64,000 bases of DNA from Nanobdellota archaeon (GTDB taxonomy: Archaea > Nanobdellota > Nanobdellia > Pacearchaeales > GW2011-AR1), in assembly GCA_018815925.1 (NCBI GenBank), contig JAHIWS010000019.1, positions 252 through 64,251 of the forward strand, given 5' to 3'. Position 1 is the first letter of the stretch. Every line of letters starts with the position of its first letter. The translations under genes and the position numbers were made by a program. Shown here piece after piece: positions 50,023-59,290 of this stretch. The notes below the pieces were generated by a model. That model did no database searches and was not told where the DNA came from. It was given only the letters and a program-made list of their open reading frames with translations.

Positions 50023-52266
50023 TTAAATATCTTGTGATTCTTTTTTAATTTCCTCTAACATTAATCTTGAAAGGAGGTATGCTATTGTTGACTCTGCTCC
50101 TTGATTTAAGTTCAACGAATGTTTTCCTAATCCATCATAACATCCTCCTGTAACTTCGTCATAAAGCATTTGTTTTAGGTGATTTCTACCTAAAAACCAG
50201 TTAAATGCTAAAACAGCTTTTTCATGATAGTGTTTATCCTCTGTTGCAAGAAATGCAGCCAGATATGCACTCACCATAGAAAATGCATCTATAGGTTGTT
50301 GATCAAAAAAAGCTCTTTTTCCATTTTTATTATACCACCCATTTTGGCCTATAGGGTGTAATTCATCATCAACAAACACTATATCTGATAAAAAATGAAG
50401 TGTTGATTCTGCTATTTCTAAATATGCTTCATTTTTTGTAGATTTATAAGCTAAGAACATTGCTTCAGATAATTTAGCATTTGCATAACTTAGATGATTT
50501 TCAAACCACTGCCACTCATTAGAAGAATTTTTTTTGTATAACTCTACCAGAGAATCTGCAAGATTCCTTATTAAATTTAAATCTCTTTTTCTCCCAAATT
50601 TTTCATAGTGATAATATAATCCAACAATTGAAAAAGCTTTTGCTCTTAAACTATCTAGTTCTAATATTCTTGGGATTGATTTATCAAATAAATCTTCTGC
50701 CTTGTTTAATAATTCTTTATCTTTTGTTGTATGTGTTGTGTACCCTAATGCCCAAATAGCTCTTCCAAACGCATCATCGCTACGTTCTCCTATTAGTTTA
50801 TTTTTATTCATAAAAATATTATTAAAATATCCTTCTTCTGATTGAGCATGTTCTATAAATTTAAGATATTTTTTAGCTAGTTTAAAAGATAAATCAGATT
50901 CTGTTAGAGAATTGTGTAATGTGGCTATAATTAATGCTCTTGTATTATCATCAAGAGTATATCCTGATTTTTTATCTGGCACAGCAGCTTTACAAAATTG
51001 TAGACAACCAAAATTATCTGTAAGATTTCTTAAATGGCTCAATTTTATCTTGGGATATTTCTTAGTAATTTCCTCTCTTAGCTTTACTACCCTATTAAAA
51101 ACACTAAGATGTCTTCTTGCTACATTTGACCAAATCATCTGCCTTCCAAAAGCATATGCAGCTTCTGACATATTTTTTCTTAATTCAATATCTGAAAGTA
51201 GTTTATCAAGAGCTTTAGTAAATTCTTCTGGACTTTTTGTTTTCTTAATTACAATACCTCTATCTTGAGCTAAAAGTTCCTTAGCGTATATGACAGGAGT
51301 TGCTACTACTGGCCTACCACAAGATAATGCATAAGCAAGAGTACCAGAAGTTATTTGTTCTTTTTCTAAATTTGTAAAAGCATATATGTCACACGCAAGA
51401 ATATATGGATCAGCAAGTTCCTTAACATCAACATACCTATCTTGAAACTTAACATATTTTTCTAAACCAAGCTCTTTTACTAAAGCAATTAATTCATTTC
51501 TGTAAGATTCTCCTTCTTCTCTTCTTACATTTGGGTGTGTTTCACCAGAAATAAAATACAACAAATCTGGATATTTTTTAACCAGTGGAGGAAGAGCCAT
51601 TATCATATATTCTATTCCTTTTCCTCTACTCAACAAACCAAAACTAAAAATAACTGTTCTTCCTTCAAAGCCTATCTTTTTTTTATATTGATCAGGAGGA
51701 GAAAATTTAACATTAGGAGTTCCATGATGAATAAGATACATTTTGCTTCTTTCAACTCCATAATCTTTATTTAAAATGTCAATTGCAGCTTCTGCCATTA
51801 CAATTATTGCTGAAACTTTTGCTGCTATTTGTCTAACAATTTTTCTTCTTTCTTTATCTGGATGTGACAAGACACTATGAAAAGTTATAGCTACAGGTTT
51901 TTTAATTGCATTTAAGAAATAAAGAATATCTGACCCATATTCTCCTCCAAATAATCCAAACTCATGTTGTATGCATATTAATCTCTGGTCTGGAGATTCA
52001 TTTAATTCTCTTGCAGTTCTCTCATAATCTTCTTTGCTATTTCTAGTTATTTGATATATTACCTTATTATTATATTTGTGATGGGTTTCAGGATCATTAA
52101 GTGCTATGACTCTCGATCTTAACTTTGGATTAAAAGCACGATTCATAGAATTTGTTAAATTTTCAGCGAATATAGAAATTCCACATTCTTTAGGAGGATA
52201 ATTACTCATAAAACAAATTTTTGGGTCTTTGATTATTTGATCTACTTCAACCTCTTTTCCAATCAT
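50023..52266 (-). CDS. GT4 glycosyltransferase fused to a C-terminal six-hairpin (alpha/alpha) domain
   Basis: N-terminal YPPKECGI, QHEFGLFGG, KGIE, SGTL; C-terminal GYTLDDN, FDQQP, GGCYDGL, NQGAESTI. Confidence 0.88.
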   Translation of the reverse strand: MIGKEVEVDQIIKDPKICFMSNYPPKECGISIFAENLTNSMNRAFNPKLRSRVIALNDPETHHKYNNKVIYQITRNSKEDYERTARELNESPDQRLICIQHEFGLFGGEYGSDILYFLNAIKKPVAITFHSVLSHPDKERRKIVRQIAAKVSAIIVMAEAAIDILNKDYGVERSKMYLIHHGTPNVKFSPPDQYKKKIGFEGRTVIFSFGLLSRGKGIEYMIMALPPLVKKYPDLLYFISGETHPNVRREEGESYRNELIALVKELGLEKYVKFQDRYVDVKELADPYILACDIYAFTNLEKEQITSGTLAYALSCGRPVVATPVIYAKELLAQDRGIVIKKTKSPEEFTKALDKLLSDIELRKNMSEAAYAFGRQMIWSNVARRHLSVFNRVVKLREEITKKYPKIKLSHLRNLTDNFGCLQFCKAAVPDKKSGYTLDDNTRALIIATLHNSLTESDLSFKLAKKYLKFIEHAQSEEGYFNNIFMNKNKLIGERSDDAFGRAIWALGYTTHTTKDKELLNKAEDLFDKSIPRILELDSLRAKAFSIVGLYYHYEKFGRKRDLNLIRNLADSLVELYKKNSSNEWQWFENHLSYANAKLSEAMFLAYKSTKNEAYLEIAESTLHFLSDIVFVDDELHPIGQNGWYNKNGKRAFFDQQPIDAFSMVSAYLAAFLATEDKHYHEKAVLAFNWFLGRNHLKQMLYDEVTGGCYDGLGKHSLNLNQGAESTIAYLLSRLMLEEIKKESQDI

Positions 52267-52431
52267 TTTATATCTGCATTAAAGATTAACAATTTATTTA
52301 AAGCTTTCTACAATTAAATATTTAAGTCTTAAAAGAACTAGTTAGAAAATGTGTTTTGCAATTACATAATTTCAAATAAGTCAAAAGTTTTCCTCCAAAA
52401 GACTTTTAAACAAAATTCTCTACTCTTCAAT

Positions 52432-53076
52432 ATGTTTAAGAAAAAAACTTGTAAAAAATGTGGAAAAAAATCAAATAAAGATTTTGATTACTGTCCTTAT
52501 TGTGGAAATCCTGGTGAAACAAATGATGATTGGGGAATGTTGGGAAAAAATGATTTAGTCAGAGATGAAGATATAATTTCTGGCTCCATGCTTGGAGGAC
52601 TAGGTGGAAATATGTTGGGAAAAATGTTAAACAGTGCTATGAAAATGTTAGAAAAAGAAATGCAGAAAGAGATAAAACATTCTAATATGAGGCCTAAAAC
52701 AAATATTAGATTAATGATAAATGGAAAAGAAATAGATTTTAATAATAAAAACATTCAAAAATCAACAAATAAAAAAACAGGAAACAGAAAAAAAATAAAT
52801 CTCCCAAAAATAATTCTAAAGAATTTTTCTAAACTACCAAGAAAAGAACCAAAAGCAAATATTAGAAGATTTTCTGATAAAATAGTTTATGAAATAGAAC
52901 TTCCAAAAGTTACTTCAAACTCAGACATTTCAATAGTTCAACTAGAAAATAGTATAGAAATAAAGGCTATTTCGAAAAATAACTCTTATCTTAAATTAAT
53001 CCCTATAAATCTTCCAATTACAAATTATGATTTTGAAAAAGAAAAATTAACACTTGAATTTGCTATAAAAGGATAA
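52432..53076 (+). CDS. Zn-ribbon plus Hsp20/alpha-crystallin-like protein
   Basis: CKKC...CPYC; EPKANIRR, YEIELPKV, SIEIKA, YLKLIP; start ATG 52432. Confidence 0.75.
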   Translation: MFKKKTCKKCGKKSNKDFDYCPYCGNPGETNDDWGMLGKNDLVRDEDIISGSMLGGLGGNMLGKMLNSAMKMLEKEMQKEIKHSNMRPKTNIRLMINGKEIDFNNKNIQKSTNKKTGNRKKINLPKIILKNFSKLPRKEPKANIRRFSDKIVYEIELPKVTSNSDISIVQLENSIEIKAISKNNSYLKLIPINLPITNYDFEKEKLTLEFAIKG

Positions 53077-53118
53077 ATCCTCCAAAATATTTAAATAACT
53101 AAATTATGAATTAATTCT

Positions 53119-53790
53119 ATGAAAAAATTAAATATTGGTATTATTTTGGATGGAAATAGAAGATTTGCTAAGCGCCTAATGAAAGAACCTTGGAAAGGAC
53201 ATGAATACGGTGCAAAAAAATTAAATTCCCTCTTAGAATGGTGTAAAGAATTTAAAATAAAAGAATTAACATTATATTGCTTATCAATAGAAAATTTCAA
53301 TCGTCCTAAAAAAGAATTTAATTATCTAATGAAAGTATTTAAAAAAGAAGCAGAAAATATCCTAAAAGATCCAAGAATTGATAAAGAAAAAATTAAAATA
53401 AACTTCATAGGTAAAATAAACCTCCTTGATAAAGATTTACAAGGTTTGATAAAAAAAATTAAAAACAAAACAAAATCCTATAAAAACCATATTATTAATA
53501 TTGCTATTGCTTATGGGGGTAGACAAGAAATTATTAATACTATAAAAAAACTAATAAAATTCAAAAAACCAATAAATGAAAAAAATTTCCAAAAAGAGCT
53601 CTGGATTTCAAATGAACCTGATTTTATTATAAGAACAGGTGGAGAAAAAAGAACTTCTAATTTTTTACCTTGGCAATCAACCTATAGTGAGTGGTTTTTT
53701 CTAGACAAAATGTGGCCAGAGTTTGAAAAAAAAGATCTCCAAAACTGTATTCAAGAATTCTATACAAGACAAAGAAGATTTGGGAAATAA
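53119..53790 (+). CDS. uppS: cis-prenyltransferase (polyprenyl diphosphate synthase)
   Basis: ILDGNRR, SIENFNRP, AYGGR, IIRTGGEKRTSNFLPWQ, RRFGK motifs. Confidence 0.95.
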   Translation: MKKLNIGIILDGNRRFAKRLMKEPWKGHEYGAKKLNSLLEWCKEFKIKELTLYCLSIENFNRPKKEFNYLMKVFKKEAENILKDPRIDKEKIKINFIGKINLLDKDLQGLIKKIKNKTKSYKNHIINIAIAYGGRQEIINTIKKLIKFKKPINEKNFQKELWISNEPDFIIRTGGEKRTSNFLPWQSTYSEWFFLDKMWPEFEKKDLQNCIQEFYTRQRRFGK

Positions 53791-53833
53791 TAGATAAAAA
53801 CCTTTAAATAACTAATAAGAGTGTTTTTTCTAT

Positions 53834-53908
53834 GAGGCTGTAGCTCAGTCTGGCCAGAGCACTGCTCTGATAAGGCAGGGGTCCACGGTTCAAATCCGTG
53901 CAGCCTCA
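53834..53908 (+). tRNA. tRNA-Ile(GAT)
   Basis: Acceptor stem GAGGCTG/CAGCCTC; anticodon arm CTGCT-CT-GAT-AA-GGCAG; GGTTCAAATCC T-loop; CCA not encoded. Confidence 0.95.
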
Positions 53909-53949
53909 CTCATGCTAACCTTTAAAAAACGAAAAACTTTTAATTTACA

Positions 53950-54309
53950 ATGAACAAAAAATCAGGTATAGTTTTTGGAATTGTATTAATAATAATTGGG
54001 TTAATCCTAGCCATAATAGGATTAACAAGTTTTTTTAGTGCACCTGGTAATATAAATCAAGAAAATTCTAATCCAATAGGAGCATTTGCAAGTGTAGGAA
54101 TAGGAATAGTTATTATATTTATAGGGGCAATTTTAATTGGAGCAGGAATATTAATAATTTACCTAACTAATATAGAAAAGATTTTTTCTTATATAGCAAC
54201 AGAAACTGCACCAGGAGTAGAAACATCTAGCCATGCATTAGGAAAAGGTTTAGCAAGAGGAGTAAAAGCAGGACTAAAAAATAAATCAAAAAAGAAAAAG
54301 AAGAAATAA
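53950..54309 (+). CDS. Hypothetical membrane protein
   Basis: Two hydrophobic segments and a basic tail. Confidence 0.65.
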   Translation: MNKKSGIVFGIVLIIIGLILAIIGLTSFFSAPGNINQENSNPIGAFASVGIGIVIIFIGAILIGAGILIIYLTNIEKIFSYIATETAPGVETSSHALGKGLARGVKAGLKNKSKKKKKK

Positions 54310-54362
54310 ACGTTGAAAACTTTTCAAGAAACCTTTAAAAAGCATTTTTCTATCAATATTCT

Positions 54363-54935
54363 ATGACAAAGGGGATGTATCATTATGTAAAACAAGCATG
54401 GAAAAAACCAGATGTAAAAACCCTTAGACAAAGAATGGTAGAATGGAGAAAAACACCTGCTCAGATTAAAGTAGATAAACCACTAAGAATCGATAGGGCC
54501 AGAAATCTTGGATATAAAGCTAAAAAAGGATTTGTAATAATTAGAATAAGATTAAAAAGAGGGGGTCATAAAAGACCAAGACCAAATAAAGGAAGAAGAT
54601 CAAAAAGACTCCATACTAGAAAAACATTAAAAATGAGTTACAAGTGGATTGCAGAACAAAGAGTCCAAAGAAAACATAAAAATCTTGAAGTCCTTAATTC
54701 ATATTTAATTGGAAAAGATGGAATGCATTATTTCTATGAGGTTATTTGTGTTGACCCTGAAAGACCTGAAATAAAATCAGACAGAACAATGAAATGGATT
54801 TGTAAAGGAGCAAACAAAAAAAGAGTTCTTAGAGGACTAACAAGCGCAGCAAAAAAATCTAGAGGATTAAGAAGTAAAAGTCCAATGAATAAATCAAGAC
54901 CAAGTGTAAGAGCTGGTGGAAGAAAGGGTAAGTGA
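54363..54935 (+). CDS. rpl15e: 50S ribosomal protein L15e
   Basis: RIDRARNLGYKAKKG, AEQRV, NLEVLNSY, YEVI.VDP, RGLTSA motifs. Confidence 0.97.
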   Translation: MTKGMYHYVKQAWKKPDVKTLRQRMVEWRKTPAQIKVDKPLRIDRARNLGYKAKKGFVIIRIRLKRGGHKRPRPNKGRRSKRLHTRKTLKMSYKWIAEQRVQRKHKNLEVLNSYLIGKDGMHYFYEVICVDPERPEIKSDRTMKWICKGANKKRVLRGLTSAAKKSRGLRSKSPMNKSRPSVRAGGRKGK

Positions 54936-55086
54936 ATTAATAAATAATCATCTAATTTTTTGTTTTTTTCTTCTATTCAATAACTCCAGATTAAAAAGAA
55001 AAGGATTTAATTAAGGGGTGTGTTCTTTTGTATAGGATCAAATAAATTAATTCTTTTATCAATTCTATTAATAACTTCTTTTATAA

Positions 55087-55383
55087 TCTTTTATATTTTT
55101 TAGAGATGCTCAGAACTGGGGCGAAAAGAAAATGGATATTAAAGAAGTTATAAATAAAGCCAGGGCACATCTCAAAGAATGTGATGCTATTCTTGTTGAA
55201 GCTTCAGAAAAAGCAAACGGAATATATTTTGAAGTTGGTTATGCAAAAGCTTTAGGAAAAAAAGTTATGATAATTCATAAAAAAGGAACAGAAGCATCTT
55301 TCTTAGAATCTGCAGGAGATGTTTCTATTGAGTATGAAGACTTTGAGGATTTAAGGAAGAAACTGGAAGGAATTAAATTTTAA
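55087..55383 (+). pseudogene. N-terminally truncated nucleoside 2-deoxyribosyltransferase-like gene
   Basis: CDAILVE...GIYFEVGYAKALGKKV motif; frame extends upstream (FRDAQNWGEKK) to a stop at 55084-55086; N-terminal Tyr strand missing. Confidence 0.65.
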
Positions 55384-55419
55384 TGTCTATTTATCATCAA
55401 CTACAAACCCGTGATTATC

Positions 55420-55947
55420 TCAAAATTCCTTATAACTCTTATTAACTTTAACTTGTTCTTCTAAATCTTTTCCAAAATATCCCATTTCTTCTAATTTTCC
55501 CCTAGTTGCTGGAAATGGGGGAGCGATTTCCCCAGGATAAATAGTATAAAAACCGTGATTAGCTTCATCTATAGGGCCTGCAACAATAACCCTCTTGTTT
55601 GTTGGTTGTTTCTCCACCCCTTTAACCATGTTAGCTAAGTATCCATCTCTTCCCCTTGGCTCTTGTGCTATCCTAGCAGATTCAGGAAGATTTTCTAATG
55701 AAACTAGAGAATCATATCCAATTGTTCTTTCAGAATCAACACTCTTAACTAATTTAGTTCCATCATATTCTTGAATATTTTCATAAGCATAGTCAATTAA
55801 AGATTTTGCAGTTGGAAAAGCTCCTTCTATAAAATGAGATCCTGCTGTCTAGCTTCCTTGTAAATGCCTTGCTAGATGATCAACTAAGTCTTGATTGTAT
55901 TTTTTGAAGTTATAATTTTCGATTAAGATGATCATGAGAATATCCAT
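55420..55947 (-). pseudogene. ~175-codon hypothetical gene interrupted by an in-frame TAG (55849-55851)
   Basis: Frame reads ...HLARHLQGS*TAGSHF...EPRGRDG...IVAGP...TIYPGEIAPPFP; the ORF track shows only the last 69 aa. Confidence 0.65.
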
Positions 55948-56179
55948 AGGTGTTATCTAAATCAACATTAAAGTATTCTCTTGCAATGTTGCCTACAAGT
56001 TCCATTGGATACAATTTTTTATGAAATTCATGCATTATTTCAATTCTTTCTCCTTCGGTTTTTTTGTTTCCATACTCCTTTCGAACTTTTTCTGCTTCAT
56101 CCTTTAAATGCAGGTAAACTCTAGTGAGAATTTCTAGTCCTTTCTCCTTTTCTTGATTTGATAGTTCTTTATCTCTCAT
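55910..56179 (-). CDS. Hypothetical protein
   Basis: 89-aa ORF with an upstream TTATAAA box. Confidence 0.5.
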   Translation of the reverse strand: MRDKELSNQEKEKGLEILTRVYLHLKDEAEKVRKEYGNKKTEGERIEIMHEFHKKLYPMELVGNIAREYFNVDLDNTYGYSHDHLNRKL

Positions 56180-56330
56180 TTTAATTTGATAATAGAAGAA
56201 ATATACCCTTTATAAGTCTTTCTATTTGTAACTACTAGAAAGTAACATAATATTAATTGAACAAGGATGAATCTAATAATTTTATTATGGTCCCAAAATC
56301 TTTATTAAACCAATTTTCTTTCATGAAATA

Positions 56331-56941
56331 ATGGAAAGATATGATGTAGTAATAATTGGCGCTGGACCCTCTGGATCAGGAAAATCCACAACATTTCACC
56401 AAATATCCTTGTTAGATAATCCAACATCAGGAAAAATAAAAATTAGTGGAAAGGATATAATTAAGTTAGATGATAATGAAAAATCAGATTTTCGCTTAAA
56501 AAAAATTGGATATATTTTTCAACACTATGAATTACTTCCAGAATTAACTGCGATAGAAAATATCTATCTTCCATTAATGGTAGAAAGAGGAAATTTAAAT
56601 GAGATTAAAGAACAGGCCGAGAAGATATTAAATGAGATGGGATTAATTAAAAGAAAGGATCATTATCTAAGTGAACTTTCTGGAGGAGAACAACAAAGAA
56701 TTTCAATTGCAAGAGCATTAGTTAAAGAGCCAGAACTAATTTTAGCTGATGAACCAACTGCTAACCTTGATTCTGTTGCAGGAAAAAAATAATGGAAACA
56801 CTTAAGGGCTTAAATAAAAAGAAAGGGATAACTGTTTTTGTGATTAATCATGAAAAGCAATTTGAAAAATATTTTGATAGGATTATTAGGTTGAAGGACG
56901 GAAAAATAATTAAAAGTAGAGAGTTCAAAAAAGAAATATGA
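56331..56941 (+). pseudogene. LolD/MacB-type ABC ATPase with chimeric N-terminus and a -1 frameshift at A7 (56783-56789)
   Basis: GPSGSGKST, IFQ, LSGGEQQR, ILADEPTANLD; the -1 frame continues IMETL...INHE...RLKDG to TGA 56939-56941. Confidence 0.8.
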
Positions 56942-58632
56942 AAAAGAGAGTGATAACCATTTTAAAAAATGCCTTGAAAGAAGTAGGAATTTCCCTAACT
57001 GAAAAACAAATTCAAGAACGCATTGAATTGCCTCCAACATTAAAAATGGGAGACTATTCCTTCCCTTGCCATTTTATTGCAAATAAAATCAACAAAAAAC
57101 CAGAACAACTTGCATTAGAAATAAGTAAAAAAATTAAAGAAACTCCAAAAGGAGATATTGAAAATATTCAGGTGATTGGCCCATATATTAATTTCTTTGT
57201 TAATAGGAAAGATTTTACTAAAAATGTTCTAACAGACATAATTAAGAAAAAAGAAAAATTTGGCTCAACAAGTTTGGGACACAAACAAAAAATAATAGTT
57301 GAATTTTCTTCTCCAAATATAGCTAAACCTTTTGGAATAGGGCATTTAAGATCAACCATAATTGGAAATTCTATTGGAAACATTTGTTCCTTTCAAGGAT
57401 TTAAAATAATAAAAATGAATTATCTTGGAGATTGGGGAACCCAGTTTGGAAAAATGATTTGTGGATATAAAAATTTTGGGAAGGAAGAGAAATTAAAGAA
57501 AGATCCTATAAAGTATTTATTAAAAATTTATGTTAAAATTAATAAAAATAAAAAATATGAAGAAGAATCAAGATCTTATTTTAAGAAACTTGAAAATGGA
57601 AATAAAGAATGTTTTCTGTTATGGAAAAAGTTTAAAGAATTGAGTTTAAAAGAATTTAAAAAAATCTACGAAAAATTGGGGATAATTTTTAATGTCTATT
57701 CTGGAGAATCTATGTATAATAAAGAAATGAAAAGTGTTGTTAAAGAATTACAACAAAAAAAACTTTTAAGAAAAAGTAGGGGAGCCTTAGTAGTTGATTT
57801 AAAAAAATATAATCTTGGATTTTGTTTAATTCAAAAAACAGATGGAACTACTCTTTATGCTACAAGGGATTTAGCTTCAGCAATAACAAGGCACAAAAAA
57901 TATAACTTTTCAAAGATGATCTATGAGGTTGGTCAAGAACAAAAACTTCACTTCCAACAAATATTCAAAGTTTTAAATTTAATGGGTTACTCTTGGGCAA
58001 AAGAGTGTATTCATGCAAATCATGGTCTTTATTTAGACAAAGATGGAAAGAAATTCTCTACAAGAAAAGGAAAAACAATTTTCATGGAAGACATATTAAA
58101 CAATACAATTTCTTTTGCAAAAAAAGAGATTTCTAAAAGGGAAGAAAAAATATCTAAAAAAGAATTAGAACACAGGGCATTAAAAGTTGCTCTTGCTGCA
58201 ATATTCTATGGAGATTTAAAAAATACTAGAACACAAAACATTGTTTTTAATCCAAAAAAATTTACTTCGTTTGAAGGAGATACTGGCCCATATCTTCTTT
58301 ACAGTTACGCTAGAGCAAATTCTATTTTAAAAAAATGTAAGTGTAAAGAAAGAAAAATTCTACCGAACAAATTAGAAAAATTAGAGTTTAGCCTGATAAA
58401 AAAATTGTCCCAGTTTCCATCTTCCGCATTAGAAGCATATAATAACCTAAGTCCAGCACACATTGCTCATTATGCTTTTGAACTTGCACAAGACTTCAAT
58501 GAGTTTTATGACCAATGTCACGTAATTGATTCCAAAGAAGAATCGTTTAGATTAGAGTTAGTTAAAGCATTTATGATCGTCCTTAAAAATTCTTTAAATC
58601 TTCTAGGGCTTGAACCCCTTGAAAGAATGTAA
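56938..58632 (+). CDS. argS: Arginyl-tRNA synthetase
   Basis: GDYS, GPYINF, VEFSSPNIAKPFGIGHLRS, YLGDWG, YATRDLA, KFSTRKG, GPYL.Y..AR, C-terminal ERM. Confidence 0.96.
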   Translation: MKKRVITILKNALKEVGISLTEKQIQERIELPPTLKMGDYSFPCHFIANKINKKPEQLALEISKKIKETPKGDIENIQVIGPYINFFVNRKDFTKNVLTDIIKKKEKFGSTSLGHKQKIIVEFSSPNIAKPFGIGHLRSTIIGNSIGNICSFQGFKIIKMNYLGDWGTQFGKMICGYKNFGKEEKLKKDPIKYLLKIYVKINKNKKYEEESRSYFKKLENGNKECFLLWKKFKELSLKEFKKIYEKLGIIFNVYSGESMYNKEMKSVVKELQQKKLLRKSRGALVVDLKKYNLGFCLIQKTDGTTLYATRDLASAITRHKKYNFSKMIYEVGQEQKLHFQQIFKVLNLMGYSWAKECIHANHGLYLDKDGKKFSTRKGKTIFMEDILNNTISFAKKEISKREEKISKKELEHRALKVALAAIFYGDLKNTRTQNIVFNPKKFTSFEGDTGPYLLYSYARANSILKKCKCKERKILPNKLEKLEFSLIKKLSQFPSSALEAYNNLSPAHIAHYAFELAQDFNEFYDQCHVIDSKEESFRLELVKAFMIVLKNSLNLLGLEPLERM

Positions 58633-59289
58633 TTAAAAATAGATAAATTCCATATCTTTTAAAGAATCTTTATATTTGGTTGCAGAGATTATGTCCTTTG
58701 CCTTATTATCAATTTCCTTCCATTTAGAAGGCATAATTGTCATAATTTTTTTACCTGCAAATGATTTTGATCCCTTGAAATTTATTTTTCTTGCTAATCT
58801 TTTTGGATGAATAAGACCCAATCTTATGAGGAACCATGCAGCGATTAACAAGGGGGTATGGATGTAAGTTGGCCTTTTTAAAAAATCTTCCTCTACTAAA
58901 CTTACTGAATCTGTTTGAGGATTTTCTAACATCAATATTTCCTTATCTCCTTTTATTTCTTTTTCCTCTATTTCATCAAGAATCATTTCTTTTGGAATCT
59001 CAGATTTAAGTATTTTTTTTGCTATTTCTAAAAGCCCAGTTTCATAAACTATATAATCTGGAGAGACTTCACTTTTTTGAAATTCTTCTAAATATTCACT
59101 AATATCTAAATATGAATAATTTGGAGAATAATCATCAATCAGAATATTTAGTGAGAAATCTTTCTTTTTTTCTTTCAACTTTTCAGTAAATTCTTTAGCT
59201 AACTCTATGGACTTTTTTTGGGTAGAGTCAATTCTAGGAGAATCTGTAAAAATATGCCCATATTCAATATTATATTCTACCTTTTTCAT
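58633..59289 (-). CDS. Hypothetical HUP/class I aaRS-like protein (SCO2522-like), paralogue B
   Basis: YNIEYGHIF, LIDDY, PDYIVYET, AAWFLIRLG, FAGKKI motifs; start probably ATG 59289. Confidence 0.6.
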   Translation of the reverse strand: MKKVEYNIEYGHIFTDSPRIDSTQKKSIELAKEFTEKLKEKKKDFSLNILIDDYSPNYSYLDISEYLEEFQKSEVSPDYIVYETGLLEIAKKILKSEIPKEMILDEIEEKEIKGDKEILMLENPQTDSVSLVEEDFLKRPTYIHTPLLIAAWFLIRLGLIHPKRLARKINFKGSKSFAGKKIMTIMPSKWKEIDNKAKDIISATKYKDSLKDMEFIYF

Positions 59290-59290
59290 C

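Noticed and set aside
18730..55947. Alternative genetic code suggested by in-frame TGA and TAG codons
   Set aside because: Conserved genes end properly at TGA (radB, rpl15e, cdc48) and TAG (nre, aRF1, GH130), and long genes have no internal stops.
56810..57040. 76-aa minus-strand ORF
   Set aside because: Overlaps the frameshifted ABC C-terminus and the argS start on the plus strand.
57331..57348. ArgRS GIGH instead of HIGH as a sign of inactivation
   Set aside because: All other ArgRS motifs and domains are intact, and the first position of the motif is variable.
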